Shown here: in pieces, positions 9,274 through 18,928 of the stretch
Layout of the letters: every line of letters begins with the position of its first letter
Position numbering within the stretch: the first letter of the stretch is position 1
Assembly (NCBI GenBank): GCA_049967655.1
Contig: JBMFSH010000005.1
Span: 29,264-93,263 of the forward strand
DNA length: 64,000 nt
Direction of reading: 5' to 3'
DNA from: Acidobacteriota bacterium
GTDB taxonomy: Bacteria > Acidobacteriota > UBA4820 > DSQY01
Translations under genes and position numbers: made by a program
The notes under the pieces: generated by a model
Seen by the model: only the letters and a program-made list of their open reading frames with translations
Databases searched by the model: none
Told to the model about the DNA's origin: nothing

Positions 9274-11933
9274 AGAGCCACCCGGCGCAGGCGCAGTGCG
9301 TTGCTGATGACCGAGACGGAGCTGAAACTCATGGCCGCGCTCGCGATGACGGGGCTCAGCAAGAGGCCGAAGAATGGGTACAGTATGCCCGCAGCCACTG
9401 GAATGCCGATGGTGTTGTACACGAAGGCGAAGAAGAGGTTCTGCTTGATGTTGGCCATGGTCTTCCGGCTGAGGGTGTAGGCCTTCGCAATGCCGCGCAA
9501 ATCGCCCTTCAGGAGGGTGATGCCCGCGCTCTCCATGGCCACGTCCGTGCCCGAACCCATGGCTATGCCCACCTGGGCCAGAGCGAGCGCCGGGGCGTCG
9601 TTCACCCCGTCTCCGGCCATGGCCACGAAGCGGCCCTCGCTCTGGAGGCGCTTGATCACGGCGCTCTTCTGTTCCGGCAGGACGTCCGCCTCGACCTCCT
9701 CGATGCCCAGCTCGTCGGCCACGGCCTGGGCCGTGACCCGGTTGTCGCCCGTCAGCATGACGATGCGGATCCCTTGTTTCTTCAGGGACCTCACCGCCTC
9801 CGCGGTGGTGCTCTTGACGGGGTCTGAGACGGTGATCATGCCGGCCAGCCGTCCTCCAAGGACCACGAACATGACGGTTCTGCCTTGCCTACGGAGGCTT
9901 TCCGCCTTTTCAGCGAGCGCTCCCTCCCCGATGTTCATGGACTGCAGCCAGCGGGCATTGCCGAGGGCAACGGCATGCTTTCCGACCCTTCCGGTCACTC
10001 CTTTGCCCGTGACGGATTGGAACTCCTCGACCTTCTGGAGGGCGATTCCTCTTTCTTCCGCTCCGGCGACGATGGCCGCCGCGAGGGGATGCTCGCTGGC
10101 TCGCTCAAGGCTTGCGGCGAGGCCAAGGAGCTCGTTCTCGGAGAGGCCGTCGAGGGCCACGACCTCCTTCAACCTGGGCTTGCCTTCGGTCAGGGTGCCC
10201 GTCTTGTCCACCACCAGCGTGTCCACCTTCTGAAGGGTTTCCAGGGCTTCGGCATTCTTGATGAGAATCCCTGCGCGGGCGCCGCGGCCGGTGGCCACCA
10301 TGATGGACATGGGGGTGGCGAGGCCGAGGGCGCACGGGCAAGCGATCATCAGGACCGCCACGGCGTTAACGAGCGCGTAGGCCAGGGCGGGCGGAGGGCC
10401 AAACAGGGCCCAGACGATGAAAGTGACCACCGACGAGAGAACCACGGCCGGCACGAAATAGGAGGCCACGGAGTCGGCGATGCGCTGGATGGGGGCCCGG
10501 CTTCGCTGGGCCTCGCCCACCAGGCGGACGATCTGGGCCAGCAGGGTGTCGCCGCCCACGCGCTCGGCCCGCATGGTGAACCCGCCGGTGGCATTGACCG
10601 TTCCGCCGGTGACGCGGTCGCCGGGGCTCTTCTCGACGGGGATGGGTTCGCCGCTGATCATGGATTCGTCCACGGAGCTGCAACCATCGAGCACGAGGCC
10701 GTCCACCGGCACCTTCTCGCCGGGCCGGACCCGCAGGGTGTCGCCGGGCCGGACCTGATCGAGGGGAACGTCCGATTCGGACCCGTCGGGGCTGACCATG
10801 CGCGCCGTCTTCGGCGCCAGCCCGAGCAGAGCCTTGATGGCGCTCGATGTGCGGCTCCTGGCCTTGAGTTCCATCACCTGGCCGAGCAGGACCAGCACCG
10901 TGATCATGGCGGCCGCGTCGAAGTAGGTGGCGATCTGCCCGCTTTCATCACGGAAGGCGGGCGGGAACATCTGCGGAAAGAGAAGAGCTACTACGCTGTA
11001 GGCGTAGGAGACGCCGACGCCCATGCCGATGAGGGTGAACATGTTCGGGCTGCGGTGGACCAGAGAATCCCATCCCCGCTTGAGCAGAACCCAGCCGGCC
11101 CAGAAAACCACGGGCGTGGAGAGAATGAACTCCAGCCATCCCGCCGTCCTGGAGGAGAGGAGGTGATGCGCGTTGAGCGCGGGGACCATATGGGGGAGCG
11201 CCACGATAAAAAGTGGCACGGTCAGGGCGAGCGCCACCCAGAAGCGCCGCTTCATGTCCTTATATTCCGGATTCTCCTCCTCCACCGTGACCGTCTGCGC
11301 CTCCAGGGCCATGCCGCACTTGGGACACGCGCCCGGACGGTCCCGCCGGACTTCGGGATGCATGGGGCAGGTGAAGACGGTGGCGGTCGCGGGCGCCGTG
11401 ATTTCCATGGGCTCTAGGGCCATGCCGCACTTGGGGCAGGCGCCGGGCCGGTCCTGAACCACCTCGGGATCCATGGGACAGGTGTAGCGGGTGCCCGACG
11501 GCGCCGCCTTTGCCACGCTTGGAGCCGGTACTTCGCCGAGGTAGGCCTGCGGATCCGCCTTGAACTTCCCCAGGCAGTGCGCCGAGCAGAACCAATAGGC
11601 GGTGCCGTCGTACTGGAAGCGTCCGGCGGCTCCGTCGGGGGAGACCGTCATGCCGCACACCGGATCCCTGGCCTGGGCGGCCGCCTTCACCGGCTGGTGC
11701 TTCATCATCATCGGCATGCCCATGGGCTTGTAGGCGGGATCGAGATACTTCTCGGGCTCGGCGAGGAACCTCTCCCGGCACTTCGGGTTGCAGAAGCCGT
11801 AGTGCTTGCCGCCGTACTCGGCGGTTCCGCCCCGGGGATGCTCCGGATCCACCACCATGCCGCAGACGGGGTCCCGCCCGCTGGCCGGCGAGCCGGCGGC
11901 TCCATGCATTCGACCCTCATCTTCCCTAGTCAT
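9270..11933 (-). CDS. copA: Cu(I)/Ag(I) P1B-1 ATPase with 2 YHS and 2 CPM(D/H)P metal-binding domains
   Basis: CPC, DKTGT, SEHP, GDGVND, YN and MSFSS motifs; GGAGG RBS before ATG 11933. Confidence 0.95.
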   Translation of the reverse strand: MTREDEGRMHGAAGSPASGRDPVCGMVVDPEHPRGGTAEYGGKHYGFCNPKCRERFLAEPEKYLDPAYKPMGMPMMMKHQPVKAAAQARDPVCGMTVSPDGAAGRFQYDGTAYWFCSAHCLGKFKADPQAYLGEVPAPSVAKAAPSGTRYTCPMDPEVVQDRPGACPKCGMALEPMEITAPATATVFTCPMHPEVRRDRPGACPKCGMALEAQTVTVEEENPEYKDMKRRFWVALALTVPLFIVALPHMVPALNAHHLLSSRTAGWLEFILSTPVVFWAGWVLLKRGWDSLVHRSPNMFTLIGMGVGVSYAYSVVALLFPQMFPPAFRDESGQIATYFDAAAMITVLVLLGQVMELKARSRTSSAIKALLGLAPKTARMVSPDGSESDVPLDQVRPGDTLRVRPGEKVPVDGLVLDGCSSVDESMISGEPIPVEKSPGDRVTGGTVNATGGFTMRAERVGGDTLLAQIVRLVGEAQRSRAPIQRIADSVASYFVPAVVLSSVVTFIVWALFGPPPALAYALVNAVAVLMIACPCALGLATPMSIMVATGRGARAGILIKNAEALETLQKVDTLVVDKTGTLTEGKPRLKEVVALDGLSENELLGLAASLERASEHPLAAAIVAGAEERGIALQKVEEFQSVTGKGVTGRVGKHAVALGNARWLQSMNIGEGALAEKAESLRRQGRTVMFVVLGGRLAGMITVSDPVKSTTAEAVRSLKKQGIRIVMLTGDNRVTAQAVADELGIEEVEADVLPEQKSAVIKRLQSEGRFVAMAGDGVNDAPALALAQVGIAMGSGTDVAMESAGITLLKGDLRGIAKAYTLSRKTMANIKQNLFFAFVYNTIGIPVAAGILYPFFGLLLSPVIASAAMSFSSVSVISNALRLRRVAL

Positions 11934-12000
11934 CGCTTGCCTCCAGGACGATCTTGCCACGAATCCCAGCGGATGCGGGCGATTGCTCGCGGATCACGGG

Positions 12001-15000
12001 TCATCCCTGCGGACTTGCCGCTCCGGCGGGCAGGCTTCGCCGTTTCCAGAGCAGGTAGATGGCGGGATAGACGAGAAGCTCCATCAGGAACGAGGTGAAG
12101 AGGCCGCCCACCATGGGCGCCGCCACGCGCTTCATCATGTCCGCGCCCGTTCCCTGGGACCACATGATGGGCATCAGACCCATGGCGGCGGCGGTGACGG
12201 TCATCATCTTGGGGCGGATGCGCTTCACCGCGCCGTGGACGATGGCGTCGTGGAGATCGGCCAGCGAACGCAGGCGACCGGCTTTCAAGGCCTCGTCGTA
12301 GGAGAGGTCCAGGAACAGGAGCATGAAGACGCCCGTCTCCGCGTCGAGCCCCATGAGCGCGATCATTCCCACCCACGTGGCGATGGACACGTTGTAGTGC
12401 AAGAAGTAGAGAAGCCAGATGGCGCCTACCACCGAGAAGGGGACCGCCAGCAGCACCACCAGCGCCTTGAAGGTGGACTTGGTGTTCATGTAGAGGAGCA
12501 GGAAGATGAGCAGCAGCGTGATGGGGACCACGACCTTCAGGCGCTGCCGCACGCGAATCATGTTCTCCCACTGTCCGCTCCAGAGGAGGGAGTAGCCCGT
12601 GGGCAGGTGCACCGCCCTCTCCACGGCCTTCTGCGCGGCCGCCACGTAAGAGCCCACGTCCCGGCCGGTCAGGTCCACGTAAACGTAACCAGCCAACATG
12701 CCGTTCTCATCCCGGATCATGGAGGGGCCCAGGTCCGTCCGAACGTCGGCCAGCTCCGCCATGGGAACCTGCACGCCGGTGGGCGTGCTCACGAGGATCC
12801 GCCGGAGCTGGTCGAGGTTGGCGCGCAGATCGCGGGGGTAGCGCAGGTTGACCGAGTAGCGCGCGCGGCCTTCGACGGTCGTCGTGATGTTCTCGCCGCC
12901 CACCGCCGTCATGATCACGTCCTGCAAGTCCCCTATGGTGAGGCCGTAGCGGGCCAGCGCGTCGCGCTTTGGGACGAAGTCCACGTAATAGCCCCCGCCG
13001 GTGCGCTCGGCGAAGACGCTGCGGGTGCCGGGGACCTTCTGCAGGACCCGCTGGATCTGCTCGCCGATGCGCTGAATCTCATCCAGGTTGTCCCCGAGAA
13101 CCTTGATCCCGATGGGGGTGCGCACTCCGGTGGTCAGCATGTCGATGCGGCCCCGGATGGGCATGGTCCAGGCGTTGGTGTTGCCGGGGATCTGGATGGC
13201 CCGGTCCATCCGGTCGATGAGCTCGTTGTAGGAGATGTGGTCGGACCAGATGTGGCTCAGGACGTATTTTACCCAGTCCGGTGCCCAGGAGGAGTACCAG
13301 CGCTTTCGAGCCTGCCACTGGGCTTCCGGCTTGAGCACCACCGTCGTCTCCATCATGGAGAAAGGAGCCGGATCGGTGGAGGTGTCGGCCCGGCCCGCCT
13401 TTCCAAAGACGGAGACCACCTCCGGGAAGGACTTGAGGATGCGGTCCTCGGTCTGGAGCAGCTCCTGGGCCTGGGTCACCGAAATGCCGGGCAGGGTGGT
13501 GGGCATGTAGAGGATCGTGCCCTCCTCCAGGGGCGGCATGAACTCCTCCCCCAATTTGAAATAGACGGGCACGGAGACGGCGATGATGAGCAGGGCCGCA
13601 GCGATAACGCTCTTGGGGTGGCGCAGAACAAAGCGGCACGGCCTCTCGTAGAGCCAGAAGAGGACCCGGCTCACGGGATGTTTCTCCTCGGGGTAGTAGG
13701 TGCCGATGAAGAGGGCATCGAGCGTCCTGCCGACGAACCGAGGCTTTACCTTGAAGCGGTCCATCCGGGCGAAGAGCATGCGCACGGCCGGATCGAGCGT
13801 CACGGCCAGGATGGCCGCGATGGCGATGGCGAGCGTCTTCGTGTACGCGAGCGGCTTGAAGAGGCGGCCCTCCTGGCCCGTCAAGGTGAAGATGGGCAGA
13901 AAGGCCACGGCGATGACGGCGAGGGAGAAGAAGACCGAGGGCCCCACTTCCAGCAGGGCCTCCAGACGCACGGCGTGGAAGTCGCCCACGCGGCCGCCTT
14001 CTTGCCACAGCTCCAGCTTCTTGTAGGCGTTCTCCACCTCCACGATGGCCCCGTCCACGAGCACGCCGATGGAGATGGCGATCCCGGAGAGGCTCATGAT
14101 GTTGGAGGTGATGCCCATGAAATACATGGGGATGAAGGCCAGGAGCACGCTGACGGGAATCGTGATGATGGGCACCATGGCCGAGGGGAAGTGCCAGAGG
14201 AAGAAGAGGATCACCAGGCTCACGACGAGCATCTCCAGGAGCAGCTCCTCCTTGAGGTTGTCGATGGAGCGCTGGATGAGCTCGGACCGGTCGTAGGCCG
14301 GCTCTATGGTGACGCCGGCGGGGAGCGAGGCCTTCATGGAGGCGAGCTTGGCCTTGACCCGGTCGATGACGTTGAGGGCGTTTTCGCCCTGGCGCATGAC
14401 CACGATGCCGCCCACGGCGTCGCCCTCGCCGTTCCAGTCGAGGATTCCGCGGCGCATTTGAGGACCGAGAGCCACCGTGGCCACGTCCTTCAGCAGCACC
14501 GGCGTTCCGCCGGGAGTCGCCTTCACGACGACCTTGTCGAGGTCGGAGGTGGATTGGAGGTACCCGTCGCCCCGCACCATGAACTCGGTGCCGGCGAATT
14601 CGATGAGCCGGCCGCCCACCTCGTTATTACTCTGACGGATGGCCCTGGCCACGTCCAGGATCGAGAGGTTGTAGGCCTGGAGGCGGATGGGGTCGATGGT
14701 CACCTGGTACTGCTTCTGGAAGCCGCCGATGCTCGCCACCTCGGCCACGCCGGGCACGCTCTCGAGGGCGTAGCGGAGGGTCCAGTCCTGATAGGAGCGC
14801 AGCTGGGCGAGGTTGTGCTCGTGGCTGTGGTCCACCAGAACGTACTGGTAGACCCAGCCGACGCCGGTGGCGTCCGGCCCCAGCTCGGGATGCACGCCCT
14901 CGGGCAGGTTGCCCTGGATCTTGGAGAGGTACTCCAGCACCCGGCTGCGGGCCCAATAGATGTCGGTGCCGCCGTCGAAGACCACGTAGACGTAAGAGAA

Positions 15001-15264
15001 GCCGAAATCCGAGAAGCCCCGGATGGCCTTCACCCGAGGCGTTCCCAGCAGGGCGGCGATGATGGGATAGGTGACCTGGTCCTCGATGACGTCCGGGCTT
15101 CGGTCCCAGCGCGTGTACACGATGACCTGGGTGTCGGACAGGTCGGGAATGGCGTCCAGGCGGATGTGGTGGAGGGCGTAGGCGGCGTAGGCCAGGGCCG
15201 CCCCCACGAGAGCGAGCACCAGGAACTTGTTGTGCGCCGAGAAGGTGATGAGCTTCCGGATCAT
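12001..15264 (-). CDS. cusA: CusA/SilA heavy-metal RND transporter
   Basis: DAIPDLSDTQVIV, GEEFMP, DPAPFSMMET, NAWTMPI; 1087 aa. Confidence 0.95.
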   Translation of the reverse strand: MIRKLITFSAHNKFLVLALVGAALAYAAYALHHIRLDAIPDLSDTQVIVYTRWDRSPDVIEDQVTYPIIAALLGTPRVKAIRGFSDFGFSYVYVVFDGGTDIYWARSRVLEYLSKIQGNLPEGVHPELGPDATGVGWVYQYVLVDHSHEHNLAQLRSYQDWTLRYALESVPGVAEVASIGGFQKQYQVTIDPIRLQAYNLSILDVARAIRQSNNEVGGRLIEFAGTEFMVRGDGYLQSTSDLDKVVVKATPGGTPVLLKDVATVALGPQMRRGILDWNGEGDAVGGIVVMRQGENALNVIDRVKAKLASMKASLPAGVTIEPAYDRSELIQRSIDNLKEELLLEMLVVSLVILFFLWHFPSAMVPIITIPVSVLLAFIPMYFMGITSNIMSLSGIAISIGVLVDGAIVEVENAYKKLELWQEGGRVGDFHAVRLEALLEVGPSVFFSLAVIAVAFLPIFTLTGQEGRLFKPLAYTKTLAIAIAAILAVTLDPAVRMLFARMDRFKVKPRFVGRTLDALFIGTYYPEEKHPVSRVLFWLYERPCRFVLRHPKSVIAAALLIIAVSVPVYFKLGEEFMPPLEEGTILYMPTTLPGISVTQAQELLQTEDRILKSFPEVVSVFGKAGRADTSTDPAPFSMMETTVVLKPEAQWQARKRWYSSWAPDWVKYVLSHIWSDHISYNELIDRMDRAIQIPGNTNAWTMPIRGRIDMLTTGVRTPIGIKVLGDNLDEIQRIGEQIQRVLQKVPGTRSVFAERTGGGYYVDFVPKRDALARYGLTIGDLQDVIMTAVGGENITTTVEGRARYSVNLRYPRDLRANLDQLRRILVSTPTGVQVPMAELADVRTDLGPSMIRDENGMLAGYVYVDLTGRDVGSYVAAAQKAVERAVHLPTGYSLLWSGQWENMIRVRQRLKVVVPITLLLIFLLLYMNTKSTFKALVVLLAVPFSVVGAIWLLYFLHYNVSIATWVGMIALMGLDAETGVFMLLFLDLSYDEALKAGRLRSLADLHDAIVHGAVKRIRPKMMTVTAAAMGLMPIMWSQGTGADMMKRVAAPMVGGLFTSFLMELLVYPAIYLLWKRRSLPAGAASPQG

Positions 15265-15268
15265 GCTC

Positions 15269-16738
15269 TCACTTCCCGGCGGCGATGGCCTGAAGGGCGG
15301 CCTTGAGCGAGGATTCCGAATCCACCAGGAAGTTGGCTGACGTGACGACGCGCTGGCCCGGGGTGAGGCCCGAGAACACCTCGAAGTAGCCGCCGCTGCG
15401 CGGCCCGAGGGTCACCTCGACGGGGGTGAGGGTGTCGTCGGGACCGGCCACGAAGGCGTAGTTGTGCTCTCCCGCCGGCAGGATCGCCGAGTCGGGAACG
15501 GCGGTCCGCATCCCGAGGTCGTACTCCAGGTGGGCATCGCCGTACATGCCGGGTTTGAGGACCATCCCCGGGTTGGGGATCACCATGCGGGCCTTAAGGG
15601 TCCGAGTGGCGGGATCGAGGAAAGGGTCCAGGAGGCTGACGCGCCCTTCGAAAACCTTGCCCGGCCAGTAGGGGAGAGTCACCTTGGCGGGCATGCCCAC
15701 CTTGACGTAGGGAAGATCCGATTCGTAGAGCTCGGCCTCGGCCCAGACGGTCGAGAGATCGGCCACGACCATGAGGGGATCGCCGGGCGTGATGCGCTGT
15801 CCCGGAAGCACCGTCTTATCCGTCACGTACCCGGAGGCCGGTGCGTAGAGAGTCAGCTCCTTTTCCACCTGCCCCGTCTTCTCGATCCGCTCGATCTGGG
15901 CCTGGCTGATGTCCCAGAGCCTGAGGCGCCGCACCGCTGCCTCCACCAGCTCCTGCCCCCCCTGGGACACTTGGGTGTAGGGACTCTGTGCGAGCTGCTT
16001 GGCGGCACCCAGGGCGGAGAGCAGCTCCTGTTCCGAGGCCACCAGGTCGGGGCTGTAGATGGAGAGGAGCGGCTGGCCCCGGCGGACGGCCTGGCCCGTG
16101 GCGTTGACGTAGAGCTTCTCGACCCAGCCGCCCACCTTCGTATTGACGCGGTAGAGGCGCGTCTCGTCGGGCACGATCCTAGCCGCGGTGCGCACGTCGC
16201 GGCGCAGGTCGCGCTCCTGAACCGTTCCGTAGGTCAACCCCATGCGCTTGGCGTCCCCGCTCGTCACCGAAATGGCCGCCAGTCCCTTGGGCGCCGGGGT
16301 GGACGGTTCGGTCACGGTGAAGGGCACCATCTCCATGCCCATGGAGTCCTTGCCAGGGTGATCGCTGATTTCGTTGGGGTTCATGGTGGAGCGCCACATG
16401 GTTTTGGTAACGGGCCTTCTCGGCGTGGAGGTTTCGGCGGGTTGGACGCCTGCCGTCGCCGCGCGCGGAAGAGCTGCCTCGCCGGCCGGAGGGCCAGGTT
16501 GGGCCGGCTCTGGGGCCGACTGGCCGGTAGCCGAATCGGATTTGACCGGCACGAGCCTCATGCCGCAGATGGGGCAGTCTCCGGGTTTGTCAGAGGTGAC
16601 CTGGGGATGCATGGGGCAGCGGTAGAGCTGGGCTTCCTGCGCCTTCCCGCTGACGGAGCACGCCGAGAGAGCCACGAGAAGGACCATCACGGCAAGGGCG
16701 CCCAGGCATGCGTTGTTGAGACGACGGGAGGGACGCAT
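15269..16738 (-). CDS. cusB: CusB-family RND membrane fusion protein (lipoprotein)
   Basis: LSAC lipobox, YRCPMHP..CPICGM, IYSPDL, LKPGMY, FLVDSES. Confidence 0.92.
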   Translation of the reverse strand: MRPSRRLNNACLGALAVMVLLVALSACSVSGKAQEAQLYRCPMHPQVTSDKPGDCPICGMRLVPVKSDSATGQSAPEPAQPGPPAGEAALPRAATAGVQPAETSTPRRPVTKTMWRSTMNPNEISDHPGKDSMGMEMVPFTVTEPSTPAPKGLAAISVTSGDAKRMGLTYGTVQERDLRRDVRTAARIVPDETRLYRVNTKVGGWVEKLYVNATGQAVRRGQPLLSIYSPDLVASEQELLSALGAAKQLAQSPYTQVSQGGQELVEAAVRRLRLWDISQAQIERIEKTGQVEKELTLYAPASGYVTDKTVLPGQRITPGDPLMVVADLSTVWAEAELYESDLPYVKVGMPAKVTLPYWPGKVFEGRVSLLDPFLDPATRTLKARMVIPNPGMVLKPGMYGDAHLEYDLGMRTAVPDSAILPAGEHNYAFVAGPDDTLTPVEVTLGPRSGGYFEVFSGLTPGQRVVTSANFLVDSESSLKAALQAIAAGK

Positions 16739-16809
16739 TCTCTTCTCCTCGCTTTGGGGACAGCGACGGGCCGACGATCGTCGTGAAAGGAGATCGCGCC
16801 CCGCTACCT

Positions 16810-17304
16810 TCAGTGTGAGTGTCCCGGGCCGGAGGTGGGAACAGTCGGCGCGGAGGACCGTTCTGCTGCGGGCGCTACGGCTCGCGCATCCAACAGCATG
16901 CCGCATTTCGGGCACTTGCCCGGGTGATCCTGACGCACCTCCGGGTGCATGGGACAGGTGTAGACGTAGGCGGCCTTGGCGGTCCGCCTCTCAAGGGCCA
17001 TTCCGCACCGGGGGCATCTGCCGGGATGGTCCTCACGAACGTCGCCGTGCATGGGACACGTGTAGTAGACGATCTCCCGCGGCGCGGCCTCGAGGAACAT
17101 GCCGCACTTGGGGCAGCGACCGGGCTTGTCCGAGGTGACGTCGGGATGCATGGGACAGACGTAAGTGATCTTCGCGAAGGCGACTCCCGCAGATGCGCTC
17201 CGTGGTGACTTGGCTGGGCCGCCCGCCAGGACAGCGAGAGAAAGCACCAGCAGGGCTAGGGCGGCGAGGGCGGCGAGAGACAACTTTGTCGTGCGTGGCT
17301 TCAT
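16810..17304 (-). CDS. Secreted protein with three heavy-metal-binding repeats (YxCPMH...CPxCGM)
   Basis: N-terminal hydrophobic signal, three tandem motifs, C-terminal HSH; ATGA overlap with upstream gene. Confidence 0.88.
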   Translation of the reverse strand: MKPRTTKLSLAALAALALLVLSLAVLAGGPAKSPRSASAGVAFAKITYVCPMHPDVTSDKPGRCPKCGMFLEAAPREIVYYTCPMHGDVREDHPGRCPRCGMALERRTAKAAYVYTCPMHPEVRQDHPGKCPKCGMLLDARAVAPAAERSSAPTVPTSGPGHSH

Positions 17305-18647
17305 TCTCCGTGCTCCTTCTTTTCTTGGGGGGTGACGGTGGGCCGGCCAGCGCCTTCGCGGAACGCAGCCCGGGATGACGGCGCGCCCAGGATGGCTTCG
17401 ATGCGGGCGAGGGCTACCTGGAAATCGGCCTGCGCCATGAGGGTCTGGCGCTGATCGCCGTAGTAGCCCGCCAGCGTGTTCAGAAGAGTCGTGAAGTCCG
17501 TCTTTCCGACGCCATAGCTGGCCAGGCTCGATTCATAGGCCTGCTTGGCCTGGATCAGGAGGCCGTTTTGAAACAGTTCGAACACGGCGCGATCGCGCGA
17601 AGCCGTCTGCCAGGCCTGGGTGAGATCGTAGCGAACCTGGTTCATGACGCCGGCCGTCTCCTGCTTGGCTCCCTCCTGGTCGGCCAGGGCTTCATCCAGA
17701 GCGGGGAGGTAGCGGTCCTTCCGGTGGAAGAAGGGGAGGGTGATGCCGACCATGGCCGTGAGGTAGTCTCCTCCGCCCATGGTTACGTCGTTGTGCCGGT
17801 AACGCCCACCCACGATGAAGTCCGGCTTGAAGTCCTGTCTGGCTATGGCGACCCGTCTCTCCTCCACCTGCTCCCTGGCCCGTGCGGCGGCGATCCGCGG
17901 CGCTTCCGCGTCCAGCTCGTTCAGGAGGCCGTCCAGAGAGGGCTCCTCGGCGGGCTTGGGGATGTCTATGCGCCGGAGGAGAGAACGGTCGAGAGACCCG
18001 CCCAACAGGTCCGTCAGCCGAGCGGCGGCGATCTCCCGCTCCTCCACCAAGTCGAGACGCTCCTTGTGGGCTTGGGTGACTGCGGTCTGGGCCAGAAGCA
18101 CGTCGGTCTGCGTGCCGCCGCCGGAGGCGTAGAGCGCCATGGCCCCCTTGGCGGCGGCCTTCAAGGCGTCCGTGGTCTGGTCGTTGAGCTCCAACAGCCG
18201 GAGGTTCAGGGCGTAACCATAGGCCGCCGCCTTCACCTCGCCCCGCAGCTCGCTCTCCATGGCGCGCAGATCTGCCTGGGCCACGGCAACCTGACGGCGC
18301 GCTTTCTCCTCGCGAAGCTTGCGCTTGCCGGGATAGGGCAGCTCCTGCGTGAGGCCGATGGAGACCCCTTTGCTGAGCGCGTCGCCCGCGTTGAAATGGT
18401 TCACCGACAGCATCATGAGCTCCACGTCGGCGGTGGGGTCCGGAAGAGCCTTGGCCTGCGGGAGGCGATCGAGGGCTGCCGCCACCTTCTGGCGCTGCGC
18501 CGCGATAGCCGGATTGTGGGTCAGGGCCATCTCCACCAAGGCCGCCATGGGGTCCTGCGCGGGCGCCTCCGGCGTCTGGGCGGGACAGGCGGAGGTGGCC
18601 ACCACCATGGCGACGGCTCCTAGTGCGGCAAAGATGGGCTTCATCAT
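17301..18647 (-). CDS. cusC: TolC/CusC-family outer membrane efflux protein
   Basis: Signal peptide, LPDP, QELPYPGK, coiled-coil OEP repeats; heads the RND operon. Confidence 0.85.
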   Translation of the reverse strand: MMKPIFAALGAVAMVVATSACPAQTPEAPAQDPMAALVEMALTHNPAIAAQRQKVAAALDRLPQAKALPDPTADVELMMLSVNHFNAGDALSKGVSIGLTQELPYPGKRKLREEKARRQVAVAQADLRAMESELRGEVKAAAYGYALNLRLLELNDQTTDALKAAAKGAMALYASGGGTQTDVLLAQTAVTQAHKERLDLVEEREIAAARLTDLLGGSLDRSLLRRIDIPKPAEEPSLDGLLNELDAEAPRIAAARAREQVEERRVAIARQDFKPDFIVGGRYRHNDVTMGGGDYLTAMVGITLPFFHRKDRYLPALDEALADQEGAKQETAGVMNQVRYDLTQAWQTASRDRAVFELFQNGLLIQAKQAYESSLASYGVGKTDFTTLLNTLAGYYGDQRQTLMAQADFQVALARIEAILGAPSSRAAFREGAGRPTVTPQEKKEHGE

Positions 18648-18689
18648 GACTCCTCCCGGTGCCCGCCCGGCCGGCGGTGGCTCCTCTTA

Positions 18690-18706
18690 GGCACGTTGCG
18701 TGCCAA
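18690..18706 (-). promoter_or_regulatory. sigma54 -24/-12 promoter of the cus/cop operon
   Basis: Minus strand TTGGCACGCAACGTGCC (GG-N10-GC) ~43 bp upstream of the cusC start; adjacent GAFTGA activator. Confidence 0.72.
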
Positions 18707-18813
18707 GGGGCCCTCGGTTTGGCCGCCCAGGACCTGCCCGCCGGTATGCGGACCAGGGGCGAGACTGCGAGGAACTCCCTTCGAGACACCTCATGAACCG
18801 TGCACCCCCCATT

Positions 18814-18888
18814 GTAGAATATTCTGCGCTCAATGTGGTTAATAGTGTTCACGGGTGGGCAGGCTGGACCCTGGGAGAAAGTTCTGCG
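18814..18888. promoter_or_regulatory. Candidate enhancer (UAS) pair for the NtrC-type regulator
   Basis: GTAGAATATTCTGCG (18814) and GGAGAAAGTTCTGCG (18874), near-palindromic, 60 bp apart. Confidence 0.45.
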
Positions 18889-18928
18889 TTGGCCCAGGCC
18901 TTGCAACCAAGGAGCCGGAGGAGAGGCG

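Noticed and set aside
11806..15306. 1166-aa plus-strand ORF
   Set aside because: Antisense shadow of cusA in high-GC DNA; no recognisable motifs
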